Source of the DNA: an uncultured Gammaproteobacteria bacterium
GTDB lineage: Bacteria > Patescibacteriota > Patescibacteriia > Magasanikbacterales > JBBTQS01
Direction of reading: 5' to 3'
Assembly: GCA_965230935.1 (NCBI GenBank)
Contig: OZ246400.1
Location: 374,359-438,358, forward strand
DNA: 64,000 nucleotides
Part shown: positions 30,054 through 42,900 of the stretch, one piece after another
Layout of the letters: every line of letters starts with the position of its first letter
Numbering within the stretch: position 1 is the first letter of the stretch
The notes under the pieces: model-generated
The model's input: the letters and a program-made list of their open reading frames with translations, nothing else
Databases searched by the model: none
Told to the model about the DNA's origin: nothing
Position numbers and translations under genes: made by a program

Positions 30054-31319
30054 CTATGGGATAAGTGATTTGAACCACTTTTGTACCTGTTTATTCACTT
30101 TATCCACGGTCTTAAATTTAGAAATCACACTCCCCCATCCACGACTCTCGCCAGTACGCATATGCAAGCCCCACTGTACCAATCCAATCACCGTTGCAAA
30201 TGACAAATCATTTACTTTGTCCGTGACACTTGATACTTCAAACGGATGACCAAGCGATGCCGGAAGTGCCAGCGCCTCTTTACTAACTTCAACAATTCCC
30301 GGAAGCTTTGCTCCTCCGCCGGTAAACACAACGCCGGCCGGCAAAATACGACTGCGACCAATACGCGCAAGTTCATCATCTACTTTTTCTAAAATCTCTT
30401 CAACGCGTGCTTGAATAATTTGGGCAACATATTTTTTGGAGACCTCTTCAGTTTCATCAGCACCAAGATCAGCCAGATCAATTGTCTCGCGCTTGTGAAT
30501 CCCTTTCGTAACCGCATTACCATATTCAATCTTCACACGCTCAGCAACATCAATTGACGTACGCAATCCAATCGCGATGTCATTAGTAATATGCTCTGAA
30601 CCAATAGGCAATACTGCTGTATGAATCACATCTCCCTCTTCATACACTGCCATACTGGTGGTTGAACCACCCAAGTTAATTACCGCAACACCAAGTTCTT
30701 TTTGTCGACGGGTAACTACTGCTTCAGCCGTTGCTAAAATCCCAAGTACTAAATCATCGATATCGACTCCGGTGCGATATACCGATCGAGTAAGATTTTT
30801 GATCTGCGAAGAAACCCCTTGAATAATTTGCGCATCAACTTCGAGGCGCACACCGGTCATACCAACCGGATCTTTAATCCCTACTTGTCCGTCGACCGTA
30901 AAACTTTTTGGCAGCACATGAAGAATCTCGTAGTTAATTGGTGTAGCCACTGTTCGTGAAGCCTCGACCGCACGCGACACATCATCCTCAGTAATCTCGC
31001 CGTCAGAACGTGAAACCGCAATTACTCCTTTACTCTCTTGGGACAAAATGTGACTCCCGGAAATTCCAACCCAGACATGCTCGATTGGTGCGCCGATCAT
31101 ACGTTCGGCACGCTCAAGACAGGCGCTGATGGAAGAAACCGTCTCTTCAATACTGGTCACAATTCCTTTATGTACGCCTTCTGAAGGTACTTCTGCAGCA
31201 CCAACAATATGCAAAGTCTCACCTTCTGCACGAACCATCGGTTGCCCAACCGCAATACGCACGGCTGTTGAGCCGATATCAAGTCCAGCAATAAGTTCTT
31301 CTCGAATCTTTGCTCTCAT
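30054..31319 (-). CDS. ftsA: cell division protein FtsA
   Basis: Actin-like ATPase with LDIGSTAVRIAVG at the N-terminus. Lies upstream of ftsZ. Confidence 0.9.
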   Translation of the reverse strand: MRAKIREELIAGLDIGSTAVRIAVGQPMVRAEGETLHIVGAAEVPSEGVHKGIVTSIEETVSSISACLERAERMIGAPIEHVWVGISGSHILSQESKGVIAVSRSDGEITEDDVSRAVEASRTVATPINYEILHVLPKSFTVDGQVGIKDPVGMTGVRLEVDAQIIQGVSSQIKNLTRSVYRTGVDIDDLVLGILATAEAVVTRRQKELGVAVINLGGSTTSMAVYEEGDVIHTAVLPIGSEHITNDIAIGLRTSIDVAERVKIEYGNAVTKGIHKRETIDLADLGADETEEVSKKYVAQIIQARVEEILEKVDDELARIGRSRILPAGVVFTGGGAKLPGIVEVSKEALALPASLGHPFEVSSVTDKVNDLSFATVIGLVQWGLHMRTGESRGWGSVISKFKTVDKVNKQVQKWFKSLIP

Positions 31320-31332
31320 GGGATGAACACAA

Positions 31333-31782
31333 TTATTGATCTATAGTATACACCAGTTTCTCTTGAAGCGCATACATGGTCTTAGCTTCGTTTGCCTCTG
31401 CATGATCGTGACCAAGCAGATGCAGCATTCCATGCGCAAGCATTCGGGCAAATTCAACACGGTAACTCACCTGATTTGTTTTTGCCTGTCGAATAATCTG
31501 CGGTACACATACGACAATCTCTCCAAGCTCGTGCTGATCCTCAACTCCAGCCCAATGCACGTCATAGGACTCATGTGCTGGAAATGACAACACGTCTGTC
31601 ACAGTTGCTTCACCTGAGTACAACGCATGAAGTGTTTTCATGCGTGCATCACCAACACAGATCACACTTACTGATGTCTTCGCTGGGAGTTTGAGCCTTC
31701 GGGCAATCTGATCCAGCGCCTGCGTAATCCACTGACGCGATACTCCGATGCGCCGTAGTCGAGTTGAAATCGTACTGTGCAT
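31333..31782 (-). CDS. ybeY: rRNA maturation endoribonuclease YbeY
   Basis: HGMLHLLGHDH metal-binding motif. Confidence 0.85.
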   Translation of the reverse strand: MHSTISTRLRRIGVSRQWITQALDQIARRLKLPAKTSVSVICVGDARMKTLHALYSGEATVTDVLSFPAHESYDVHWAGVEDQHELGEIVVCVPQIIRQAKTNQVSYRVEFARMLAHGMLHLLGHDHAEANEAKTMYALQEKLVYTIDQ

Positions 31783-31787
31783 AGCGA

Positions 31788-33032
31788 TTACTCTTCTGCA
31801 TCAGCAACCGTCGGTGTAGTAGTAGGTGTTGCAGTGGATGTACTTACCGTAACATTTCCGGTGTCAATATCAGCGGCTGGAGTGTTGATAACCGTACTTG
31901 TGGCTGTTGCTGACGGACTACTTGGCGTTGATGTGCTTACTCCACTTGGTGTGGAAGTACTTACCCCATCAACAGTGGACGTTACCACACCATCTTGTTC
32001 TCCTGGCAAGACTACTCCTTCAGCTAACGTAGTTTCATACAGACTTTCCGCCATCATCCGCATAGTGGTTTTAAAATTAATCGCACTGCGCACACCAGGC
32101 TGATACTGCATAACCAGTACGGCATCAGACCAAGCAAAATAATATCGTTGACGATTGGCTTCAAACCAACCGCTAGTCCCCACGCGATTTTGCCATGGAA
32201 TCAAGCTGGAAAATACTACTTCTGGATTGTTTTTCGCAAACCACGCTACAAATGATTCATTATTTTCAAGTACATAATGGGTCAACGACACATATTCACC
32301 AGTGAGTGATGTGAAGAACACCTCGTCTTTTGTAGACTCATCAACTGCGGCAGCAAGCCAATCAGTTGGATAAAGCAATGCATAATCGTGTACTGGATTG
32401 GTATATTTTGCAATATTGTTTGAATCCTCAATAGTATCCGGTGCTTCACGCATCGGATCATAAAGATTGATCACCTCAAGACCATCAAGATATCCGTCAC
32501 CGTCACTATCGCCATCAGCGACATCAGCAGCAAACAATTCTTCTTCAATATCAGTAAGTCCATCACTGTCAAAATCAATCGTGCTAGCAAGTTGTACCAA
32601 TGGACTCAACAACGTTGGCGTACTTGTTGCCACTATTTCCGGTGGGTCTTCTTGAGTATCCGGTGGTATCTCATTAATCGGTGTTATCTGTACCGGTGGT
32701 GTAGTTACCGGAATCTGTCGAGTTGGTTCTGGCAAATCACGGGTGTAATACCATGTTGCCCCACCGATGACTGCCAATAGTACGACAACTCCCATACCAA
32801 TAGTCATCCACTTTTTCTTATGCCCATGTGGTGTACCATACCGCGGGACTGCTGTCGTTGGCTTTGGCTTGGCCGGTGCCGTTGGTGTAACCACTGGTGC
32901 CGGAGGTTTTGGTGCCGGAGTAATATTCTTCGCGCCATAATACGTCTTCGGAATACTATGAATCCGAATTTCTTCGTCTGGCACCACCGGCTCTGTAACC
33001 GCGGCTTTCTTTTTTTTGCCAAAACCTAACAT
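31788..33032 (-). CDS. membrane-anchored surface protein with Pro/Thr-rich linker and acidic Ca-binding-type repeats
   Basis: DSDGLTDIEEELFAADVADGDSDGDGYLDGLEV. One TM helix. Confidence 0.5.
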   Translation of the reverse strand: MLGFGKKKKAAVTEPVVPDEEIRIHSIPKTYYGAKNITPAPKPPAPVVTPTAPAKPKPTTAVPRYGTPHGHKKKWMTIGMGVVVLLAVIGGATWYYTRDLPEPTRQIPVTTPPVQITPINEIPPDTQEDPPEIVATSTPTLLSPLVQLASTIDFDSDGLTDIEEELFAADVADGDSDGDGYLDGLEVINLYDPMREAPDTIEDSNNIAKYTNPVHDYALLYPTDWLAAAVDESTKDEVFFTSLTGEYVSLTHYVLENNESFVAWFAKNNPEVVFSSLIPWQNRVGTSGWFEANRQRYYFAWSDAVLVMQYQPGVRSAINFKTTMRMMAESLYETTLAEGVVLPGEQDGVVTSTVDGVSTSTPSGVSTSTPSSPSATATSTVINTPAADIDTGNVTVSTSTATPTTTPTVADAEE

Positions 33033-33035
33033 GTA

Positions 33036-33896
33036 TTATTGTGCTCCGGGAACAGCAAACAATCGTCCTGCCCCTTTTGGATTAAATCCATTGTCAATCT
33101 CCGTACCATCACCATAACTATCGCCATCGGTATCCTCATTAAGCGGATCAGTGCCCCATGCCTCAATCTCTTCTTGATCAGTCAAACCATCGCCATCTGT
33201 ATCAGGATCTTGCGGATCAGTACCATACCCCACTTCTTCTTGATCAGTAAGCCCATCATTGTCAGAGTCAGTAATTGTCGGTTGAGTTGGCGATGGAACA
33301 GTACTCGTGGTCGCAGTTGAATCCGTGGGAGTGGTATCACCTATCGAACTGGTATCAGTAATGGAAGAATCGGTATCTGGAGTGGTTGTTGCACTACTAC
33401 TGTTTGTTGGATCAACAGCTGGAGTATCAAAAGTAAACCCACTTGGTCCGGCTGAAGATTCCTCATCTGAGTTATCCGAAGTGGCAGCTGGGGTCGGTGT
33501 AGTGGTCACAGTATCAGACGACGTGTCCAGAAATGCTCCATACGCCCACCAACCAATCCCACCAAGAATAGCAAGGATCACAATAATACCAATGATCATA
33601 AACCACTTACTTTGCGTCATTGGAGCCTTCAATTCATAAATACTCACTCCTTCGCCTGGAATACCAGTGTCTTTGGGTGAATCTGCATTCATTGGCTTAA
33701 GCTTGCCGCTTTCGAGTGCTGAAGGGCCAATGTCGACCGCTTCATATTGCGGTGGCGCACTTGGTGCTTCTGGAGCCCCTGCACCATCTGCCGGAGGTGC
33801 TTCTGGAGTTGTAGGTCCAGCACTAGGCAAATCAGAGGTTCCGGAAAACATATCATCCGGTGCATTGTTAGGAGGTTGTTGTGGCTTATCAAACAT
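33036..33896 (-). CDS. membrane-anchored surface protein with thrombospondin-type-3-like repeats
   Basis: DSDNDGLTDQEEVGYGTDPQDPDTDGDGLTDQEEIEAWGTDPLNEDTDGDSYGDG. One TM helix. Confidence 0.5.
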   Translation of the reverse strand: MFDKPQQPPNNAPDDMFSGTSDLPSAGPTTPEAPPADGAGAPEAPSAPPQYEAVDIGPSALESGKLKPMNADSPKDTGIPGEGVSIYELKAPMTQSKWFMIIGIIVILAILGGIGWWAYGAFLDTSSDTVTTTPTPAATSDNSDEESSAGPSGFTFDTPAVDPTNSSSATTTPDTDSSITDTSSIGDTTPTDSTATTSTVPSPTQPTITDSDNDGLTDQEEVGYGTDPQDPDTDGDGLTDQEEIEAWGTDPLNEDTDGDSYGDGTEIDNGFNPKGAGRLFAVPGAQ

Positions 33897-33926
33897 ATTC
33901 TTTAATTAAAAGTAGTGGATTGATTA

Positions 33927-36900
33927 TTAAATAACTTCATGGCATTCGCTATCATCTATCGTACAACTATTTGTACAGTATAACTCTTTATCACCATCTC
34001 CGAAAAAGCCACCACCAAATGTGAAATCACCACAATCTAATCCTCCAAAATCAAACCCCTCACATTCCTCAGTAGCTTGTCGTATTCCATCTCCACAAAC
34101 ACTTCCACATTGTGACAAATCAATCTTACAACTTGAATCACATAGTGGACCACCTTCACTACAGAGCACGTCACTTGGGAAGGTGTCACCGTCACACTCC
34201 TCAGCTCCACCAAGAATTCCGTCGCCACAATACACATAGGTACACGCATCATAGTTTAAGGTGCAGTCCACATTACACTGTACGATTCCTGCAGGGAACT
34301 CAGTTGAGTTGGCACAGGTCTTTGTGCCCACGTCATTCGTGTCACACTGTTCTTGGAGTTGCTTAATCCCATCTCCACATGTTCCACCGGTTAGAGTAAC
34401 CTTTTTACAAATATTACTACAATAAGTACAACTCTCGCCATACTGCGCCGCACAAACCGAACCATTGCTTGCGCCATTGTCACACTCCTCTCCACCATTT
34501 GGCTCATGGACTCCATTACCACATACCGCAGGACTTGCACCAAGCGGTTCACTCGATTGATTTACCAAACACTTCTCTGGCAAAAGCGTACATTCATTGC
34601 TACATAATTGTACAAACTGCCCCGGAATACCATCTTTAGTACAGGCATCTCCAGTATAAATTACCCCGTCACCGCCGTCACACTCTTCTTGCGGTGACTG
34701 CTTCACTGAATCACCACAATACGGACCATACTCTTGACAGTCCCAGTTGCAAGAATTTTCTTGATCATGTGCATATATGGTTTGAGCACCGGTCGGCTTG
34801 TAGATGGTAAGCACATGACACCCACTCACACAGGGCAATCCACTCAATGGACAGGTTCCATCGGGCAGACATTGGAACTGCGTCCAACACGTATCCCCTG
34901 ATTGATCTAAACACCATTGATACGTCTTTGGTGTTCCACCGCCAACTGTTGGGAGGGTATCCATGGCAGACTGCACCTCCTCAACAGGGACAGAAGTGTA
35001 ATGCTGTGACCCATCCGTAAGGTGTGCCTTGACCTGAATGACAATACCAGGATCACACACCTCACCAAACTGGCTTTGAATTTGCCCGTCAGCACATCCA
35101 CCAAACTCGCCATAATCTGTCTGACAATCTGCCGAACAGGCATTGTAACTGCCGTTCAGTGGCCCGTCATCACATACCTCAGTTCCGGCAAGGACAATAC
35201 CATCTCCACAAAAACCAAGCGGCTGACATTGTATTTCATAATCTTCTACAAACGACGGGCTTGCCACTTGTACTGCTGAATAAAATTGACAATTTGCCGG
35301 ACATTCATAGACATACTTACCTTGGAAGCTCACCCCATTTTCATCAACCACAGAACAGCTCTTTGGATCCTGAATTCCTGAAGCACCAATTCCTCCTTCA
35401 AGGACGGTAGCACCAACGATCGTGCCAAACTCACAATCCTCATCAACATTTAATACCCCATCACCACAAATCCCACCCGGCGCTTCTGGTTGACCAGTAC
35501 AGACTGGGTTCATCATGTATTGTGCACCACTCAGGCTATTACTTGGTTTCCAACTCCATGGTGATCGCAACTCACCCTCAGCATATAGTCGATAGCCATA
35601 CACTGCGGGAGCCCCCACTTGATGTCGACGATAAGTATACACCTTTGATCCAGCCAGACATTGATAGGTCTGCGCTTGCTCATCCCAACACGTTTGATCA
35701 TCAGTTCCTTCGGCACCACAACCGGTACGATAGGCATTGAGCGGGTCCACCGGAAGCGCTTCGCCAAGTTCCTTACCTAGCACATCCTGCCATGAAGCCC
35801 ATGTGCTGACCGTTTGACCGCCAATAAAGCTCCCTTCTGTAAGCTGTGGTGGTTGACCATGTTGAATTTTGTACGCTTCAACCAACTGACCGACGTGAGC
35901 AAGATCTGCCATACGAATCACATCACGTTGTAATTGCTCATTGATCGAGCGACAGGTGAGACTATTTTCGTTGAAACCACCAGCCATCAAAGCAGTATCA
36001 TTCAAACAATCAAGTGGTGAGTTACAAATCTTGTTTTCAAAATATGATCCACTTGGTACTCCCCAAGGATTCATGTACCCACAACGGTCGATGTTGTATC
36101 CAATGGCAATATTCGTATTAAACAACATGTTTTGCAACATTTGGTTGGCAATACTCTTGGTCGATGCTGACGCGTCCTCACTGTGGGATACCACATACAT
36201 GTTGGTATACCGCTGATTAAAGCCGCTGTACGATGCGCCGGTCAGGTTTGCCGCAGCAATATACGTAGACTTCCCTTCAGTAATTGCTTGATACCCGCCG
36301 ACCTCAGTTGCCGTAGGTGAACCGGTAAAGCCTTGTTTGCTATACCAATCTTGAGCTGAGAGATGTTCCGGATTACTTAGCACCCGAACACCAATTACCT
36401 CATTGTTTTGCGGATTGCGGAAGAATACTGACTTAATCACATTCGGATCTGGGTCAGCAACATCATGAACCGTTACTGATGGCAACAGGACATGTTGTGC
36501 TTGAAGTGCTGCAATCTCTTGTGGTGTAGCACCTTCTGGTGGCGTTGGGGCGTTGTTTCCTCGACAATACCAGGTTGAAAAGTGCGTATCACTCTCTTCA
36601 TATGGGAAACTCACACCACCCAATGCCGGATCAGGTATTGGCCATGGATTTTCACACGCGGTATTTATCAATGATGCAAAACCATTGTACACCTCGCCAG
36701 TAGTACTCACTTCAGAAAGTGTATCAACCGTAATGGTGGCATTTGCCATCAAAATATCAGTTCCTTTCTCCGACTCTGGCTGTACACTAACCGAATCCCC
36801 AACCGCATCACCCACAATATGGGCAACCACATCATTTTTGAGCTCCCATGACCAATCCCAGGCATAATCATTGGTGGTGGTAATTGCAGTTGCTTGTCCA

Positions 36901-39900
36901 CCCAACATGGTCTGTGCTACCGCCACAAAATTTGCCTGACCAAGTAATCCTGATGTGGTAAACACATAGGATCCCGGCTCAACCACCACTTTGTCAATCT
37001 GACAAATCGATTCATCAGTATCAAACTGCCAATCGTAATCTGCTGCCAATCCAACGCCAATACTATTCTCTACATCAGTGGTGATTGTAGGATAATAGGT
37101 AACACCAGGCGAGAGAAGTTCTTTTGGTATTAAGAATAGCTTTGTTACTGTAGTAATATTTCCTCCCTCTGACGTTTGAATGTCAGCCAATTGAATATCA
37201 AAATCAACGGTATCAGCACATGTTACCTGTGCATAAATTGGCTCGATACTAAACCATCCACGAACAGTATTGACTACTGCAAACCAAGCACGTCGATACC
37301 ATGGATCATTTGGATTAGTTGTTGAAAGCGCAACAATACTTCCATTAAGATCAGTACACGCCTCCGGACTATCAACATCAATGTTCAACTGAATTGCTCC
37401 AGGCGCCAATACTGAATCAGGATTAATTTGATCAGTAAACTCAACACTTAACATCACATTACGACACAAATTGCTTCCGATTGGCTGCTCAGAACCTGGC
37501 ACCACTTCCGGGCGGAGGTGACAACAGGTATCAGTACCAACCCCCCAATCAGTTGCATCAGGACACTGAGCATCATGGGTAAATCCACATTGGATTGCAT
37601 AACTCCCTACCGCCTCAACGGTTCCATAATCTGCGGTGACTGAGGTGCTCCGTTTGTTGTCTTGCACCAACCCATCACAACCAGGACCAATACAATCAAC
37701 ACCGTAGACATATTGGACCGGATCAACCTTACTGTCGCCTTCAATACTCATTATTGCCGTACTATCACAACTCGTTAGCTCTCCAACTTCGACAACACCA
37801 TTTCCACAAAACGATCCATTAAGTAGTGAAGCCCCTTCGAGCAGACAATTTGCACTACACCCATCACCATCTTGGCTATTAGCATCGTCACATTGCTCCC
37901 CGTTTGAGCCGGTTACCAGCCCATCTCCACAATAAAGTCCTCCATCGCTATTCTCTGTAAGTGTATTCCCCACTAAGGTACATTGATCAGTACACACCGT
38001 AGCAAATGACTCTTGCAATATTGCACTACTTGAAGCAGCAGCAGTCTCACAAAATTCATCCTCTCCAGGCTCGATCTCACCGTTTCCACACACCGTCACC
38101 CCAACACAAGAGAAAGTCGGATCAATAAGCTTAGCTGATTCACACGCATCATACCCCGGTGCGCTTCCTGTAAGGAGGCATTGCTCACAACTCACACCAC
38201 CATCACATTCCTCACCAACCCCAATATCACCATTTCCACATTCGGAAAATGGTGATGCGGCACCAAGCCACAGACATAAAACATTGTTACATCCTTCCTC
38301 GCCATCACATGCCTCACCATAGGTGGTGTTTCCATCACCACACACACTCCCAATACCTTCAGTGTTTCCTTCCCACAAACACGAGGAGCTACACCCATCA
38401 CCATCAAAAATATTACCATCATCACAACTTTCAACCCCCTCTACGAGCAGTCCGTCCCCACACACCGGTGTACCAACCGGTTGTGACCCTTTGCCAAGAC
38501 AGCTTGGCGTACAATAAAGCGAGTTATCTACTACCGCCAGGTCAAACAAGGTCCCGTCTTGATCTTTCAATAATTCGGCGACTTTGGTATTCCCGATTGA
38601 CCAGTTCCAATTGTATGAACTTGCTTGCAGCTCTTGACCAGTGCTTGGACTACAGTCATCCGGGCTCCCAAAGGCATGTGCAGTGTATTTTTTAACAATG
38701 CCAACATGTGGGACTAATACTGACTCCGGCTCAAGTGTTGCATTCACAATATCACAGCTTGCACCACTGGTTTTGGTTCTAAACTTCCAACTGAAGTACT
38801 GCGCATTAGCAGCTCCTGATGGATACAGCTGATCTTGATTTAAACTGGTCACGGGGATTCCCACACCGCTTTGCCCTTGAATACCCAACTCGCCAACGCG
38901 CAACAACACGCGATACCATGTTGCCGGAGCCAACACGCCGGCATGTTGCAGCTTGAGCCGATTACCAAAAATAGCATCATCTTGTTCGCTCAAATCAACT
39001 GATACCGGCTCAGCATTAAGCAGCGTACCAGGAGTGGCCAATCCATCTGCGCCGACTTCAATCAAACATGACTCGTTTGCACACGGCACTACCAATACAT
39101 GCGCACCAATAGTTGAGTCTGTGGTGATGTCTTTCAAATTAACGTTAGTGGAGAAATCCATGGTGATCGCCACATTTGAACATGCCGTACTACAAGTTGG
39201 GCCAACTGTACTGATTGCCGGAGGAGCGACAGTAATATGCAATGCCCCGCTGCCAGTGCGCTCTTCTGTAGTTGCGCTGATCTCAGCCGGTGTTTCCGGA
39301 TCTGTTTGATTATTTGCTACTACGTTCTGTGTTGCACCAACGCTGATCAACTCACCTGCAGTACCACCATCAGGGTGTGCCAACAATGCCTTATCAACAT
39401 CACTGACCTCCCAATCCCAACTGTATTGATTGCCATCAAGTACAATACACACATCAGCAGCAAGTGGATTTGCTTTCCAATCCACCGGCGCAGTGTCACC
39501 ATCGTCATTAATTACTTTTTCAACCAAACCAAATTCATCAGCCGTATAATCAGTTGGTGTGACATTTACATCATTAACGGCACACGCCTGATCACTTACT
39601 CGTGTTTTAAATGTGAAACAATATGATTCATTGTCGCCCAAAGTACAGCTTGCCAATGGCTCCATTGCAACACCGGAAAGACTTTCAAGATCAGTGGTAA
39701 CGGCCACACGATACCACGAGTCGGTATCCCAGCCATCATGCACTTCACCTACTCCAGCGGCATTAAGACGAAGCTGTACACCATCGTGATCTTCGTCTTG
39801 TGAGAAAAATGTATATACACTTGGCAAATGCGGACCAACCTCACTACACGGATCATCGCCTCCTGCAGTACATTTTTGCACGTACACTGCATCATTATGG

Positions 39901-42900
39901 AAGGTGGCCGGGTTCATGAGTTGAGAAAACACCATGTTTACCACACTGTTTACACACACATCATTCCCACCACCATTACCAACCCATGGAGTTGGACTTT
40001 GGATATTGTCACTACATTGCTGCAACACTTGCGGCGCACCGTAATGAACCATGATCTCACTTACATCATCGTAACTACTGTCGAGCTCAACCACACTCAA
40101 TTGATTTGGCACGACCACAAGCTGTCCGGCGGTGTTCAGTTCTTTTTGACTCTCGCCAGTAACCTCAACATATTGCTTACAGGCGATTGGATTTGGTAAA
40201 TCATGCGGAAGTATCACTTGCGGATCATCACTTTGCCACTGCCAAGTAAATTGATCTGAACACGAGTTAAGAATGAAACATTCTGATTCTTTTGCTAATG
40301 CATATGCATTCCAGCTCAACGGCTCCTCAACATCCACTTCTAGACCGTCAGCATCAAGTACGGTTTGCACATTCGGATTGAGAATCAACCCTGTGCCACT
40401 TTGCAGCTGATCAGTGTTGCTGATCTCATATGCAGCGGGCTCAACTTGGACAGAACCGATGGTACATGAGTTGCCACTCTCACTGGTCTTAAATGCATAA
40501 CAATACACACTATCTTCGTCTAGTGCCGTTCCTGCACAGCTCCCATTTCCAACAAGACTTAAGCCTTTACTCAAGCTACTAATTCCACTGCTTAATCCAA
40601 CCATGTACCACGTATCGCTCTTGAAGTTTGCCAGTGGATACACTCGCAAATAACTCTGCAATCCATCAGGACCAATCTCCGAATCATAGTCAAACTGGTT
40701 CTGCAATGCGACCTGTCCATGTTCAACTGTCTCACACGCAACGGTCGAATCCTCACTAGCACCTAAACATTCATACACTTGCACTGACCCCAGTTTTCCT
40801 TGATTAATCGAAATAGTACTTTCATCAATGGCAATCGAAAACTTCACCCCAATTGATGCGGTTGAACACACTGACGTGCCACCAGGATGATTTTCCCATG
40901 GTGTTGGTGATGGCAATGCTCCACCGCCACATTCTTCAATCACTACCGGTGGGAAATCCTCGGTATCCGGTGTCTTATTACCGGTATAGAATGTGTAGGC
41001 ATAGGCAGCTTCTTCAACATTAAAATTGTCACACGTCTGCGGTACCTGTTTCCCCTCAACAAACGTAAAGTTATTAATACATGAACCCGTATTACAACAA
41101 GTTTGCTGATCAGTACAAATATCAGCATCATTATTACAATTTTGTACAGTAAACAAGGCAGTATTGCTGTCTGCGTCAGATGCATTAGTCATCTTAACCG
41201 GACCAGTAGCCGCGCCTGTTGGCACAGGAGTATACAGTTTTTCTTCCTGCCAATTATCATCAACTATCGGCGCATCAACATCTTTCCAATAAGTAATCGT
41301 TCCGGTTTGATCACCAAAGCCCTCCCCATGAATAAACACATCAGTGCCCTCTGGACCATTATTCGGTACTAATGCACATACCCCTGGAGTTGGAAGACCA
41401 TCAACCACTTCAAACGGCACACTATTACTGACGTCATTGTCTGGGTCATTGTCTGCATCATTGCGCACTACGGCGATATGATAGTTGCCCAAATCTGTTT
41501 CAGGCACTTTGACCACAATTGACTTTTCAGACCATACTCCTGCAGCTGTACACATTGGTGGGAAATCAAAATTACCGAGCACCTCAATATCAGTTGGTGC
41601 ACCACCTGCATCAAGTTTGATAAACTTCACCACATTCTGGAAGTACCCAAAATTGTTTCCGGAAATAGTAATGTATTGGTCTTTTGGTCCTTGTCCACGA
41701 CTAAGCGAAGCAATGGTTGGCGCCGGAGAATCCCCTTCACCAAGTACGGTAAACGGCAACGGATTACTTTGTTTCTCTTGAACGAGTACATCAGCAAGAA
41801 AATTCCCAACTGAGATTGCCGGCACCGTAGCGCTTACTTGGGATAACGCCGGACCATCACCAATGATGGCTGATTGTCCACTAAAGCGAACATCAAGTTC
41901 TGATTTGGTAACACTAAGGTTTTTGCCGTAAAACGTCACTAATGCACCAGGAAGTTCGGCATTTGGCATAACACTACACAATCCTGGTATTGCCGGATCC
42001 GGTTCAGTAATGGTGAGTGCATTTGGCAGATACGCACCACGATCATCAGTTGTACTATCAGCACCATGAACATTCTTGACTACCACAGGATAGACCTGAT
42101 CAACGGTCAAACCACCTGGGACTTCGATAATAATCGCTGTTTCAGTCCAGCTACTGGTTCCGGCAAAACATTGCGCTTGTGAAACCGGAATCTCTACTAC
42201 TGTCTCCCCACTTTGATCAAGTAACTCCACACTTCCCTCACTACCAAAATAATCACCCAAAATCGTCACCCACTGGCTTTGACCCGCAGATTCAGGAGTC
42301 ACTGAATTAATGATTGGCAAATTCACACATTGCCCGCCCTCTGGAATTGGGTCAGCCGCTGCGGTCCACTTGAGTGTGGCACCATAGATTGCAAAGAGAT
42401 CTTCAAATTCACACTGATTACAGCCAATATATGCGCGCACCTTATCTGATTCATTTTCAAACGCATGGGTTACGGTATATTTAGTCCAAGTATCCGTTAA
42501 GGAAATGGTATTCGCTTTAAACTCATAATTTTGTCCGGGAGCAGTGCTGAGCAATAAGGTGATCGCATTTGGCGAGTCAAGACCGGGGTCTTTCTTTGCC
42601 CATAAACTGAGCTCAAAGGTGTTGCCTTGGGTCTTTTGTTCAAATTGACGATCCATGAATTTGCTATCAGCATCACCGGATTGCATAAGAACGGCATTGC
42701 CCTCACCTGCCGGACTTGAATAGTCATTTTGTCGGATGAATAACCCTAAAGCGATATTCCATGCATCAAACGCAACAGAATCCTCCATAAACGTCTTTGG
42801 CGGCTTTGGCAAATTCAAACATACTCCGGAAGCGCATTGGCTATTATCTTCACACGAACTTCCTGAACATTGCCCACAACTTCCTCCCGGTGGGCTACAG